Positions 13,001 to 28,700 of a stretch of DNA of 64,000 nucleotides are shown piece after piece. Below the pieces are notes generated by a model. That model saw only the letters and a program-made list of their open reading frames with translations, had not been told where the DNA came from and did not search any database. Each line of letters opens with the position of its first letter. Within the stretch, counting starts at the first letter, position 1. The DNA comes from Octopus sinensis (Eukaryota), in contig NC_043002.1 in NCBI RefSeq assembly GCF_006345805.1, forward strand, positions 36,270,001 through 36,334,000. Direction: 5' to 3'. A program made the position numbers and the translations under genes.

Positions 13001-13689
13001 TTCACTAGAAAAGACTGTATCATAGTTACAGTCACACTTTTTTATGCTTTCTCCTTTGTTTTAGTAGAAATTAACATAACTGGGATAGTATTTTTGGTTG
13101 ATTTGTTTGTATAAGTAAATGTTTATGCATTAGTTAAAAAGAATACCTTTACATGCAACAGTTAAAAGCAAATTATACTATTAACCTACTAGCCAATGAG
13201 GGGTCCCTTTATTTTAGGGGCGAGGAACTTTTTTTAATACTAGAAGTGAATTTTTAGTGTATTAGAACTTTTGGGAATGATGCATGTTGGGAAAACTAAT
13301 GCTTTAGTCTAAAGGCTAAGATGGGTTTTTTTTAAAATTTTTTATTTATTTATTTATTTTACCCCCTTAATAAATATAGGTTTCAGATACTTTGGCCTGG
13401 AACTAAGCAACAATAGTCTTCATTTGTAATTCATTTCAATTTTTTTTAAATATTAACAACAGTAATCAGCAGGTTGAAAATAGAATATAGGAGGACAAAA
13501 TGCTGCTCTGGGGTCAACTTTGCCTTTCATTCTTTCAGTCATGCACTGGAGTTGATGTGATAGACTTGCCCCTTCCCCAAAATTTCAGGCTTTGTGCCTA
13601 TAGTAGAAAGGGTTATTTTTAAAATGTAAAATCTTAAATTTTATCTCTAATTCAGCTACCTTTTTTTAAAATTTTTTTCTTGCTACAGT

Positions 13690-13860
13690 TTTCTGATATT
13701 ATATGGTATCTTTCTTGAGTTTAGTGTCATCTCGAAGATGTTTATTAATTCTTATAAGATATTCAGTAATGTATATCACCAGTGTTCAAATTCCAGTTTG
13801 GTGTTCCACCACCGAGTTTTGTTTCCTTTTTCAAGCTTGGTTTGCATTGATGTTGAGATT
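13690..13860 (-). mobile_element. Decayed Penelope-like element fragment (pre-RT region)
   Basis: Frameshifted KP(ADK)GNKTVV-like text followed by EYLIRINKHLRDDTKLKKDT, resembling the PLE DKG..VV..Y..K...L.D..Y..L..DPT motif. Confidence 0.35.
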
Positions 13861-16800
13861 TTTCCTTACTTTTCTCTTTACATAGTTTACTGTCAATAAT
13901 AGAATACACCCAATTGTTCTTCAGTTGGGAGGCTGAACTCTTGTTTGCTATACCATTATGAAATGCATCTTGTGATAAACCTTGCATTATTGATTATTAA
14001 AATAAACAATGGCATACAGGACTTTACATTGGAAAACTCTGCTTGTGACTTTTACTTGGCTTAAGTGTATCCCATTAGTGAAGGCTAGTTTCTGTTAGCA
14101 CTTTAGTATGGAGACATATATATTGCATAATGTCTTTTTAATTGGTATGTTATTGTTTTACTCTTTTGTTGGTTTCAGTTATTGAACTGCAACATCTTCA
14201 GGAGTTAATTCAATCATATTGACTGCAGTACTTTTTTTACTGATATCTATTTGTTGAACTGTTAAGTTACATGCACCATAAGCACTTGTTTTCAGACTAG
14301 TGTAAACATAACTACTGACACACATACATACATGTGTGTGTAACGGTGTACAGACACGTATACTTTGATAAATATACTGTTTACATCTGCCAAATTCCAT
14401 TTAAATAGTACTAGTCAACCCAAAGGTATACTAGAAGACACTAACTCAGTGTGACATGCACTGGGATTGAACCTGGAATATGTGGCTGTGAAGCAAATTT
14501 TTTAGCCATGCTGCAGTGTCTGTGCTTATGGTAAAAAATTTTCTGAAGATGTACAATTTTGACATTGAAGATATTTTCTCAGGATCACAAACCTGAAGAA
14601 GCAGCATTAACCTTTTAACATTCAGATTATTCTGTCAAAGGTAATGTTTATTTATTCACACTGTTTTGAATTAAACATGCATTACCTTTAGCTTTGAGAT
14701 TTTGATGAGGTAACTGTTAATTTTTAGAATGATATTGTAAGGTTGGTGTGAGAGGCCAGATCTGGCCAGTTTGAACATAAAACATCTGGACTATTTTGGC
14801 CAGTTATGGCTGGTTTAAATGCTAAAGGTTAAGCAATATGATTTTGGATTAAAAACAATTGTTACATTCTAGGACATTTTTTTTTCTAAATAAATAAACT
14901 CTGCTTATTTTAAAATTGTTTGTTCGGTTAGTTTCATCTGTTGCTACTTTCTTCTTGTTTAAAACTTCAGGTCAGCTTTGATTGAACAGATCTATGATCA
15001 AAGGTGTAGTTGTTCCAATTGTGACCATCTCATCTTTTCTTCAGACATATTATATCAATAACTATCCCATCTAATGTGTACTTTCTTGTATCCTTATGAG
15101 ATGGAAATAAACATATACGTTTTCATTTCTTCAGCAATGCATTCCTTTTATATCTTCCTTTTCATGAATATTAAGATAACAGGGGAATTTATTTTGCTTT
15201 ATCCAAATAATTCTAAATTAGATATTTGAAAAAAATAAATGCTACCATGAATTAAAATTGAAAAAAGAAAAATGAAATAATATTGAATAATGTTAAGATA
15301 AAAAATGTCTTTATGCCAGCATGCTTGTTAACTGTAAGAAAGTAGCCTTAAATTTTAGCTATAGTTTCAGCTATTCATATTAGATTCTATCTTGCATGAT
15401 TTCTTTAGTATGCATCTGAACAGAGTATTAGTGACTTCAAAGGTTTACTCTAGCAATGTGTTTGTATGTTTTGTGTCTACACATTTAAACTGAATAGCAT
15501 AGTGCATTCTTAGAATATTACTGTACACTCTAAGAAATTTCTTTATCAACACGCATATACATACACATAGACACCCAAATATACTGCCAACCAACTCTGA
15601 AAGGTTATCATAATTTCTAGTTGTGTATAACACTGGTTCTCAAACTGATAAATATTATTTATTACCTCCACCAAAAACAAACAAAAATAGTGAAAATTTT
15701 TGCACCACCTCCTAGTAATGAGAAGATAAAATAGAATCTTCATCATGGTGTTAGGCAATTTAAATAATCTTAATTTCATGAAACATGGCAATTTGTCTTC
15801 CCACCTTCAGTCCATACAGCCCCTCCTGCCCCCATAAGAAACATTTATCTCTCTAATACTTCATCAATCCTTCATAGAACAAAATAAGCATTTCAGTTGG
15901 GCTTTTAGTAAGTCTTAATTCAATCAATTTATTGATCCTTCATTTTATTTTTCAACATTTTAAGTGATAATTTCTAAATATTTTTAGATGCATTACATAA
16001 TATGATGGTTTGTGTTGTCTCTCTTGGAATTGTTCATAGAATATTTTGAATGATCTGGATCAATTTCTCCATTGACTTAAGCATATTTCCAAATGTAAGG
16101 TCATCATTTAAATATGTCAGAGAGGGTAATTTTTACTGAAATACAGTCACAATAGGCTTAATGTAGATGACATTATGTATCCAGTTGGCTTTCTTATTTA
16201 TACAAGAGTTGTAAAATTATAACAGTAAAACTTGAAAATTTCTTTTCCTTAACCTGTTTTCTTTTTTTTTTTTTCTTTGTATTAACTGACACCAAAGACA
16301 CAAAAATTTTTCGCAAGGTTTTTTTGTAACTACTCTGATTATGTGATTATTATCATATATTTTAGATATTGCTTTATGCAATTTGGAGATGTTGGAATTT
16401 TTCTCAACAGTGAGTACAATTTGGAAATGCTTTTTGTTTGAGAATTAATAATGCTAGATGTGATTAAAATATATCTGATCACCTTTACTAACCTGAACAT
16501 TTTAAGCAGTTCGTTCCTTCAGACAACATAATGTACTAACTTAAGTATGGCGGTCACTTTAGACATACGTAGTTTGCACACATTTCACTCCAGCTAAACT
16601 TTGCTTCTGAAATATTTGGGCACTGTTTTTACCATGTGTTGGTATTATTTTACTTGTCATGAACAATATTCTGGTGCAATAGTAGGTACTTCACAAGCTA
16701 GTTTTATAATCCTGCTTTAATTCCCAGTTAGAAGTTTTACCTATTTTGTAAATGTCCTTGAAAAAAGATGACTATCACTCTCAATATTGTTTTGCCTATA

Positions 16801-19800
16801 AATCTGGGGCATAATATTAATGTAAGCAATTATTATTAGGAATATTAATGTTGAACACAAGCTCTGCAGGATTGAATTTCATTCCTCTATGTTCTGAGTT
16901 TAGATTCTAACAAGGTGAATTGATTAAGCTTTTCTGATAAAAAGATATATCAGTAACCATATTTCTCTTGAGATGCACTGCCTTTGTTGAAAATAATGAA
17001 GAATTTAGTAAAATAACTCTGTCTTTATTAATTTGGTGTTTGGAATTTGACTTTACATAAAACTTTAATGGAAACTTTTAATTTAAAACAAGAAGTTTTC
17101 ATTATAGAACCAAGGGTAGTCTTAGGCAAGTTGATATAAAAAGTATTCCTGATTGACCAAATTCTCTCTCTCTCTCATTAAGAACTGGTCTTGTGCCTAA
17201 TTGCAAAAAAAAAAAATAATAATAATATAATTCAATAGCTATAGTATTGTGTAAGCTAGTGGAGATACCTAAGCTGATGAATTGAGATCTTATAGACTCT
17301 GGTAACAGCTATAGAGTCACAAAATATATTGACCTTGTTTTTGTAACCTAAGAAATCATTAATATAGGGAGCCCCAAGTTGCTAGGATCAATCCTTGATA
17401 GATCAGTTTGACCCCTGTTTGTATAAAGTTTATATATGTTGTTAATGCTTATGAAGCTCTCAGATTCCCATTTCTCAACCACTTAAAATCCTGTTTTGTT
17501 ATAATTTTATTGTGATATAAAATGCCTCATATCCACTGCCAGAATAAACATTCTGTGCACATGAAATTGTCATGTGCACAAGAAGTTGTCATTATTGTTT
17601 AAGGCAGTGAGCTGGCAGGATTGTTAAACATGTCCAACAAATTGCATTTCTCTTAGTTTTTAAAATTCTGAGTTCAAATTCTTATTCCCATCTCCTAAAA
17701 TTGCCTGCCTTGTTTCAAAGCTTGAAATAATGATTATTATTGTGATCTGAATGCTGACAGGGATGAATTTTACTTTCGTCCTTCCTGAATTAAAAAAAAA
17801 TTAGTATCAGTTAAGTTCTCTTGTTATTTTCCAAAATTTGTTTTGTGCCCATGTTAGAAACCCTTATTATTAATCACAAAATATATTTTATATTTTAATT
17901 TAGCTTTATATAATTTGGCTTAAATGGTGCATTTTAGATATTTGGGAGAGAAAGAAAATATCCCATCCCATTAATATCATCTTGATAGAAAGACTAAGTC
18001 TTAGAGAAAACACATTCCATTTTTAAAGCCTACATCAAGCACGTTTTTCCTAAAACAATTTCAGAGTAAATAAAAACATACGAATGGTTATTTTGAACTT
18101 CATTGCATGATCACTGAGCATTTAGCCAATTGCTTTAAGTATAATCGCATTATAAAAATGTAACATTGACAATAATTTAATTACAATAAATAGAAGACTT
18201 TATGAAATTTTCTTATATTTGTTCATGCAGTCAAAATGTTTTATGAAAGGAATTGTTTTGATATTGATTCTAATAAGGCTTAATATTAATAAAGCTCTTA
18301 CAAAGAAATTATCTTTATAAGATCTGGCATTTTGTCATGAATTTTGAGTACATTTATTTATAATTGTTGAAGATTAATTTATGCATTGTTCCTTCTTTGA
18401 TTTATGGGCAGAGAGAATGTTTTTTTTTTCATGAATTCTTGTACATGTTTGTAGATAGATGCTTTAAATATATAGACACATGCCATAACAAATATATAGA
18501 TATTAACCATATACATATTTAGATATATATACCATAGCAAATGTTTATCAACATTCATTCTTTTTTATATAATTTGTATAGGAATTATATTTTTCACTTT
18601 GTAATTTTATCACTTGGAAAATATTTACTTTCCAAAATGTGGAGTGTAATGAATTTATTTCATTAACACTTTAGAACAAGGGGAAGTCTTTCTTAGTTTG
18701 TTGAGTAAATGAAAAGAGCTTGGGATATCAGCATCTTAATAAAAGACCTAACAAATAAGAAATTCTATTTTTGTTAAAGAAATATATGTATTTACACATA
18801 AATACACATATAGGTATGTTTGCGTAAAAATTGGGCTCTATTTTCAGTTTTCTCCATATTTAGAATTCTAAATTGTTCAAATCTTACAAACATTAATGAA
18901 GGGGATGACACTGCAGTTCAAGCATAGTCTTTGCTATAATGGCTAAAGCAAGTGAAATAACTTTTAAATTTATCTACGATAATTATGGATTTTTTTGCAT
19001 TGTGACAATAAACATCTTGATATAGTTGTTAGAGCCATTTGTATTCCACTTAAGACTTATATTACTAACTACTATTTTTTATGTTTGCCAATATTTAATA
19101 GTGATCTGAAAATAAAATGTATTGCATTTTTCTCCTACTCTCTCATTGAATGCATTGCTTTTTTCTCCTACACTCTCTAACTAAATCCTGACTACTGTTC
19201 TGACAGCAGAAAAGTTATTTGATTTTAATTAGTGTAGTTGAAGTTGCCAGACTGTGAAAGATATATTTAGATTGAATTATTCAGTATGAAGTAAAACTTC
19301 TGCTGGCGTTTTCTAAATTCTTATTCATTTTAAGGTTCATTAGGTATTAGGGATATAGTTTAAAATCCGTAGTTTTTTGCGTTTTTTAGTAGAAAGCAAA
19401 ATTCAATCAAATTATATCATTTCCATTTTTCCCTTCCTATGGTAATTTTTTTTTCTTTTTAATATTATTGAAACATAGACATTGGCATAAACTTCAATTG
19501 TTATTGGCACTAGTGAATTCTGCTGCTAATTTAATAATGCCTATAAACTGTCTTCCTATAATTCTGATTCTTTGATATTGTTTTGTAAAAACAAAAAGAT
19601 CATTAAATATGATGACAAGTATTTGAATTGGCACTATCCCTATACTACATTTCAAATAGTTTGGTAGGTGTCAATTTTGTATTTAAACTGAAAATCCCCT
19701 AGGTCATTAATTCATATTTGGGTTGGTAATTTTTAGAATATTTACTAATGGAAAGATATTGTAAACTTTAGTTTCTATTTAAATTAAACTAAGTTATTTC

Positions 19801-20383
19801 AAAAGTTGCAAATATAGAATAGTTTATTTAAGATATAGAATAAAACATGTTAGTTCAATACCTGGTAATATTACTAGACATGTATTGGGAGAAAAAAAAA
19901 TGGTTGAAATTCATAAATAAATACAAACAGATGTTAATGGTCCAAAGGTATTCAAAAATATCAAGAATATCCTTTTGAAGCTTCTATAGTTACAACTAAC
20001 AAGAATGTTTAGAGCTTAAAATTTCAAGTTTTGTATTGATAATTTTTTTTATAATGTAGAATATTCTTTCAACGGTTGACATTTTATAATTGAATTAACC
20101 AACTGGACCTGAGTTTTGAGTGATTGGATGAGATTGTTGTTAGTTCAGAAGATTTATTCAACTGGTGTTGTTGAATAAATGATCAGTTAATAAAATTACT
20201 GAAACTTGAGCATTAATAGGAAAATAAGTATCAAGAACACATTTTTCTCTGCTGACAAGCTGGTGAAGTATTTTACCATTTAATAGTGCCTTTAGATTTA
20301 GTGTCAGATATTATTAAAGTAAGAAGTCTTCATTTTCAGAATTTCCAGGATTTTGTTTGGTAGTGCTTGCTGGCTGACCATAA

Positions 20384-23300
20384 ATGTCTTTTTTGGTGAG
20401 TATCATGCCAACATGTAACTGTTTAAAAAAATGCATTGGCAGCAACATTTTACTACTAATACCAGTGTTAAATATTCTAACATTTTAATTCTTATCTTGA
20501 TAATCAAGAAAATTTTTTTTTTAATTCCAGGATAAATTTTATGTATAAAAGTAAATAAGATGTTACTTTGAGGACATTGAATTGACAAAATTGTGAAAGC
20601 ATTGGGCAAAATGCTTTATGGTGTCTCATTACAATCCAAGTTCAAATCCTGTTGCAGTCAATTTGCTTTTTATTATTGCAGGGTTGATAAAATGAAGTTC
20701 TAGTCAAGTACTGGGATTGATATAATTAACTATACTCACCCCACAAATATCTGGCCTTGTGCCTGGAGTATAGCTAGGATATTACTAAATTTATATTAAA
20801 AACTCATCCTATCATAAATATTAAATGATACTTAGTACCTTTTGTCTTAAGAATATGCTAAATAGTGAAACAAATAACATAAAATTACTGAATAAGGAAA
20901 TTGAACCATTTCCATTATTCATTGTAATTAGATATTAGAGAACTGAAAGTCTGTATGAATGAGGGTTTTGGCAGTTATCTAATGGATTGTCTGTATCTAT
21001 CTATTTTTGTATGATACTTAATCTTTTGCCTGTCTAAAGCATTTTCATAAGTTTGTTAAAAACATCCATGCTTGTTTTCAGACTTTTAGTGAACTGTTTT
21101 TCCATATGTTCTCAATAATATAAAGCTTTCCTTTCGTAAGTCCCAAGTTACTCTGGTGGTTGAAGAAAATAAGGGATATGTATAATACATCCTGTGTATT
21201 ACATATGATACACAGGACTGACAAATGGCTAAACAGGTTGTGTCATCATCATTTAACATCTGTTTTCCATGCTGACATGGGCTGGATGGTTTGATCAGAG
21301 CTGAAGAGCTGTGCCAGGCTCCAGTTGTTAGTCTTTGCATGGTTTCTACTGCTGGATGCCCTTCCTATCATCAGCCACTTTACAGAATGTACTAGATACA
21401 TTTTATGTGGCACCAGCATAGGCGCTTTTTACATGGCACTGGCTCAGGTGCTTGATGGTTCTAGAGTGGTGAGCTGGCAGAATCATTAGCATACCTGGCA
21501 AAATCAGCATTTCATCCTTCTTTATGTTCTGAGGTCAACTTTGCCTTTCACCATTTCAGGGTCAATAAAATAGGTGCCAGTTGAGCACTGAGGTTGATGT
21601 AACTAATTTACCAAACTTGCTGGCATTGTGTCAAATTTTGAAACCATATATGATGTTTCTGTGTTAATTATGATACTTAAAGATTGTTGTGCATTAAGTG
21701 TTCAGAAAATATTGGATAATTGTGTAACAACATATAATGAAATATTTGGCATGAAATATAGTGTGTATGAAGGTAGGTCATGTGGCAGGGAAACATAGCT
21801 AGTTTGGATGTGTAAATGAAACGTAATACATTCCAACTTAGGTAAGGCAAGTACATGCAAATGATCAAGGGAAGTGTTGTGCTAAAAGAAAAGCAAGAAC
21901 TAGTCAAAGACTGAGAGTATGAGCTATGCATGTTGCTAAACTTTCAGGATATTAGATACAAGTTCCAATTCTAATGGTAGAGAATTTACAGATTAACTCC
22001 ATGGAATTTTGAATAGTTTGTGGATGTGCAGAAACAAGTTAGAAATACAGTGACACTTGCTTTTGGTATATTTATTGTTAGGTATTGTTTTATGCATCAT
22101 GATTTTTTTTTATTAATCACTAATCTATATATTACAATATATTTTTAAAATTACATTGTGATTCTATCTTCAATATGGGTGCACACTTATCTGCATAATC
22201 TGTACAGTGGATGTTATGCTTGACAAGTGAAATGACAAAATATAGACATTGCATAAAAAAAATTTTTTTAGCAACTTAAATACGAAGGTATGTATATGAA
22301 ACATATTTTAAGATTGTGTGAAAAAAAAAAGATAAAAGCTTTATACCAGTATATGTGATTTTATCAGGTTACTGTTTTGTATGTAATATAAACATTTGGT
22401 AAGAAACTCAGAGTAGGAACAATGAAGCTTTAGCTTCTATCAAATGAATCTGTTAAATGATATTCATTTGTAACAACAATTTCAGTGTGAAAAAGAACAA
22501 ATACAGGCAAATGTGATAACCTTTACACATGTAATGGTTTGCACAGTTAATTTATATTTCTGCTTATCTCATGAAATTGTTAATGCTCTGAATAGATTTT
22601 TTTTCCTGGTTTCCCCTCTCCAATCTGACTTCTCAAAATGTTTAGTTCAGTTGGTTAATATATTTTGTGATGTTCTGGTAGTCCATTTATCATGAAAACA
22701 TTTTGTTTGTAGTATGAATGAGTATACTTGATATTCTATTCTAAAAGAAAACAAAACCTGGTTTTGTTTAAAATTCTTTAAATTTTTCACTGCTCAACAG
22801 CTTTTGTCCACTATTCTTAAAAATGCCAATAAGTTGAAATACATCTCAGGGGCTGGTTTACAATGTACAAAATACTACTAAAATTACTTTTTTATCGCCA
22901 ATATCCTTGAAAGTCATTTTTATTATTTTATATTTTAAAACTAAACATTTTAATACTACTTCTGAAAGGTATTAAAATTGAAACATATAATTAGTTTTCT
23001 TATAAGTTATTATTGTAGCTTCCAAGTATTAATAGTTTTGATTGATAGATTCTTAAATAATTCAAAATATGCAATTTTTAAAGCATTCTTAGACTTTCAA
23101 TAGAATTTTAATGTTTGAAAAAGTATTCTTTGAATATATAGGATTATCTTTGAACTGACAAGCTTAAAATAGTGTTTTTCTATTTTTCTTTATATAATAT
23201 ATATCAAGTCATGAATAAATAGATACTCACTTAGTAAAAAAAATTGTTCTTCAAGTTTTAAAAGGGTGCCAGGGATTTTATGAGTAATACATATGAATTC

Positions 23301-25745
23301 AGTTCTGTCTTGGTTGCTAATTACATGACTTTTTAGAAAAAAGATATCTGATTAAAGATGTGATATAGCGAATTTAATTTTAAACCCACTTAAGGAAAAT
23401 ATCAGTAAAGATCTATTTGTATATATTCATTTTACTTTTGCTTTTTTCTGTGAGTTTCAAAAAGGCTACATATTAAATATTTGAAGGTGTTTGATAAGTG
23501 TATGCCATTCATGGTAATATGCAATTAGATTGCTTTAAATTGTATATTTTGTCCAAAGGTAAAATAGAATATTTATGTTTGAGGTCATTAGCAATGATTT
23601 CATCCTTGATATTGTTCTACATATATAGCCCACATATATTTGTCTACAAATCAAGAGTTGGGATGATGGAAATAAATGAGATCTGTTTACTGTGACTAAT
23701 TCCATGGCGATAATGGCTAGTAAGAATAAATCATACTGATAGATACAAAAAATGATATCTACAAATGAAAGTTTCGTTAAAATATATAAAGGGTTTGTTT
23801 ACTCATTTCACAAGGTTTGTATTTCTTTTGTTTTTTTAATTTGACAGCCCTCATCTTGTTTACTCTTTGCTTGTAAGAATAGAAGATTATTTTCTATCTA
23901 CATTTCAGCACTGTGCATGCACAAAGGCACGAGTAGGAGATTCACCTGTTTCAGCACCTTTTGATCGTGATCTACAATATCCAGTAAGTTATCTTTCTTC
24001 ATTTTTTTTTTCAGCAGTAGTTTAATGTTTGTGTTAAAGTCTCTGAAGTCCTACTCTAACAATTATCCTTCTATTAAGAGGCTGTACTTTGGCATGTTTC
24101 ACAATGTAATATATTCTGTCTTTAGACCAAGTATATTTTTCTAATTCCATTATGCTGTCTTGTTGAAACCTCCAATTTCTAAAGGCTGCTTTTTGTATTT
24201 TTTTTAAGCCATAAAATGTTATTGTAAAATTTGGTTGATCAATTATTTATTTCAGTCAAATGAGAACCAACTGGAGGCCTCTCCAGAAAACAATGCAGAA
24301 ATGGTGAAGTATGAACCAAATCGGTCACATTACACGTTATACTCCTTAATAGGTAAGAAACATAACTGGATAGCATTTTGTTTTTTTATTTTGATTTTTC
24401 TAAAGTACCAAATAAATATGTCAACCCATTATACTAGTGTCATACAAATGGTACTCATGAAAACATGCCATGCCTGTATATGTTTATATATTTCTAAATT
24501 TCACTAAATACTATCTTTAATATATATATGTATATAGGGGGCAGGAGTGGGTGTGTGGTTAAGATGTTTGCTTCCCAACTATGTGGTCTTGGGTTCAGTC
24601 CCACTGCATGGCATCTTGGGCAAATGTCTTCTACTCTAGCTCCAGTTCAAGCAAAGCCTTGTATGTCAATTTGGTGGATGGAAGCTGAAAGAAGCTTACT
24701 CTGTGTGTACATGCATGTGTATATATCATCATCATTATCATCTGTTGTCCGTGTTGGCATGAGTTGGACGGTTTGAACAGGGCTGGCAAGCTGGAAGGCT
24801 GCACCAGACTCCAGTCTGATTTGGCATGGTTTCTGCATCTGGATGCCTAATGCCAACCACTCTGAGAGTGTCACGGGTGCTTTTACATGCCACTGGCATG
24901 AGTACCATTTGCATGACACCAGTATCAGCCACAATTGTATTTTACTTGGCTTGATGGGTCTTCTTCTCAAGCATGACATAATGCCAAAGGTCTCGGTCAT
25001 TTGTCATTGTTTCCGGGCCCAATGCTCAAAAGGTGCTTTTCACGTGCCATTGGTATTGGCTACTTTGCTTCCATGAGGCCCAATGCTTGAAAGGTGCTTT
25101 TTATGTGCCACCAACACAGGTGCTAGTTACAAGACACCAGCATCAACCACAACTACCATTTCACATGGCTTGACAGGTCTTTTCGAGCACAGCATATCGC
25201 CAAAGATCTCGGTCATAAGTCATTGCCTCTGAGGCTCAAAGTTTGAAGATCATGCTTCACCACCTCGTCCCATGTCCTCCTGGGTCTACTTCTACCACAG
25301 GTTCCCTCCACAGTTAGAGATCAGCGCTTCTTTATGCAGCTGTCCTCATCCATATGCATCACATGACCATACCCGTGCAGTCGTCTTGCACACTATATCT
25401 GATGCCTCTTATGCTCAATTTTTCTTACAAGTTACTTACACTCTGTTGAATATGCACACTGACATTGCATATCCAGCGAAGTATACTGGCTTCATTTCTT
25501 TCAAGCCCATGCATGTCCTTGTCTGTCACTGTTTATGTTTCACTGCTGTGTAGCATAGCTGTTTGCCTTTCACTCTGAGAGAGAGGCCCTTTGTTGCCAG
25601 CAGAGGTAGGAGCTCTCTGAACTTTACCCAGCCTATTCTTATTCTCACATCTATGCTCTAAGAGCATCCACCTCTGCTTCTAACTTGGCAACCTAGATAA
25701 TGGAAGCTATCTACTACCAGCAGTTGATGGAGTCTATTTTCTGTA

Positions 25746-25781
<36 letters not shown>

Positions 25782-28700
25782 AGAAAGAGAGAGAAACAGA
25801 CAAATGTATATCAAACACTGTACATTGTAAATTCTTTAGGATGTATCATTATTACCAGATGGCAATAAAACCTGGAAAAGGTGTGATAACTCCAAGTGTC
25901 AAAAAGTTTCCAAAGTTCACATGCTATTAACAAAAAGGATAAGCTTTTTGTTTGGAGATAAGTGGACAGTCATGGTCACATTCTGCCTCACTAGTCATCT
26001 TCAGTACAACAATTGTCCCACCCTATCTCCTGTAACCAAGGGACGTATATGAAAAAAAGAGAACATATTTATAGCCGAGGTAATTTGCATAATTTAGACA
26101 GAAAATGAACGAAGGGAAATAATTAGGAGTGACCTATAAACAAATACAGCTATATCAAATACTATACAGCATAAATTTTTGAGTTTTTAAAATCAGACAT
26201 ACTTTAGAGGATCTATCATCTGGCAGTTTGTGTGTATGTGTATGCTTGTCTTAACATCACATGGTAGTTGTAAATGAGTGTGTTTCCTGTCTGGCCATGA
26301 GAAATATGTTGCTTGAAAATGGTTGAGGATTAGCAACAGGAAGGGTATTCAACCAAAGAAAATCTGCCTCACCAAGCATGTAAAAGTGGGTGCTAAACTA
26401 TGATAATCATATATATATATGTATATATATATATATAGTGGACTGTCCTGTTGTAGACAACAAATGAGGCTTTCCGCAATTTCTTATCGAACAACCTGCA
26501 CAGATAATTCACCTGTAGTCAAACATCTATCTGGTACAGGTACATGGGGTGCCAAATGATTGCAGAACAATGTGAAATGAAATGTTTTGCTCAAGAACAT
26601 GATGCATAGCTTAGTCTGAAAATCAAAACCACAATCTTGTAATCATGAGAGTAACACCCTAACCAGTAGGCCATGGGTCCTACACACACTCACATGTAGC
26701 TTCAAATGTTTTCTTTATAAATATAGAATTTACTTTCATTTACATACTTAAGTTGTTGATGTTTATTACATTCTTCAGGTCATGGGTTCTGTGATGCAGT
26801 CACTGTTTATCTGGCAAAACATAGACCATCAGGAACAAATGTTGCAATCAAAAAAATAGACTTAGAAAATATTTTTACAGATATTGCAGATTTACAGGTA
26901 AATTGTATTTATCTTTGATGTAATACATTAAAACTCTTTAGCTTTTTGTCTTTATCATTCCATATCTTGCTTACAGTTCTTGACTAACTATTTTATAACA
27001 TAACCTGTTTAAATCTTGGAATATCTAAACTATATTTTATTTTATGAAAATTTCTGTATTTCTGCTTTTGTTAGTAAGATTCCTTTCTAAATGATATTTT
27101 GTTCTTTACAGAAAGAAATTGCCTTGGTTCAGCAACTACAACATGACAAAATTTTGAAATTTTACACTACATTTGTTTATGACCATGAACTTTGGATTAT
27201 AATGCCATTTATGGCATATGGTATGTATTAATTTGATAGTTTATTGTGTTTATTCTATTATTATGTCATGTTCATATATGTATGTGTGGGTGTGTGACAA
27301 TAGGCTTTTACATAGTATATCTACGACTTTGATGTCCTTGCATATAACTATTTTAGTTTTGGTATCACTGTATTTGCTTACTGATATTTATTTGTACCAA
27401 TTTTCAAACTGAACAAATTTATGTGATATTTTGAGATAAATTTCTGTAACTTTCCAGTAAAAAATTATTAAATAGCATTACTAGTTACCCATAATAAATT
27501 GTCTTTATTACTTTGGTCAGTGAAACGTATTTTCTGTTATTTGCTTTGTTTTAGTTTAAATCTTCACTTTTGGACCTTTCAGTTAGATACCTACTGTCAG
27601 ATGATTAATCTTCATTACTGATCACAATAACATTAACAAAAGAATTTGTTTTCATACCTATGAATATCTATTACGTTTCTTAAAGCTTTATATATTTTAA
27701 TTTTTATATTAGATTAATATTTTCTCATAAGTTGAACATTTGTGTAATTTTGAAACTGAATAGGAAAATTCTATTTAATGAAGCAGTAAAGTAAAAACAC
27801 TGTTAAAATATTTTTAAAAATGTACTTTAAGTCATCTAACAGCTTTGAAGATTCCTATCTTCTCTCCCCCCTCCCCCACTTAGCATCATTTCCTGTCATT
27901 CTGAAACAGATTTTTGAATTTTCCATTTGTCTTTTATCACATGACTTCTATATTCAACATTTTAACCAGTTTCTGTAGCATTAGCTTTTCTACATGTCTG
28001 CAAGTCTTACTACATTTACTGCTAAACAACCAATGACATTATTGACTGTCTGTTTCTGTTCACAAGTGTATGTTAATAGTAACTAACAAAAATAAAAATA
28101 TTTTTTTCCACTTCTGTTTATTATAAATTTATTCCAGGATCCTGCAAAGATATTTTCCATGCTTATTTCACATCTGGCTTGCCCGAGCAAGCTATAGCTT
28201 ACATATTACGAGATACCATCAAATCACTAGAATATCTCCATTCCCGGGGAATAATTCATCGGTAAGTATGAATACTGCTTCCATCAACACTTTAAGGTTT
28301 GCCACATGCTGTGCGTGTTTCCTGTCAGTTAATTCTCAGTTTATCTCAACAACATTCCAGAGCCAATAGAAGGGATCATTGTGAAATTCTGAGATAATCT
28401 GAAGCTTATAATGTTAAAATCCATTAACAGCCAATTGACCCTGAAAACCCCTGTTCCTGTCATATTGCTGAAGTTAAGCAATGTCAAACCTGAAGATCTT
28501 TTGAGAAGTTCACCTGTGTACTAACTGGGTGCTGTAAGTATCTAATCCTTGCTTTACCAGTTTAGTCTTCTGTATCACTCATGGGAAGCTACCTTTCAGT
28601 CAATGTGAACTTCTGACTGTAAAATTCTATCAATAAAGTCTATATTAAAATGTAGCAAAGGCAAGCTTTTTCATTACACAGGGGCATTGCTTCTGAAATA

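Noticed and set aside
13703-13885. MVSFL ORF resembling the STRAD N-terminus, with a GTATCTTT U12-like donor at 13706
   Set aside because: No good donor follows the FL codons. A better ATG TCT TTT TTG|GTGAGT exists at 20384, and the region reads as a PLE remnant on the minus strand. The donor deviates from GTATCCTT.
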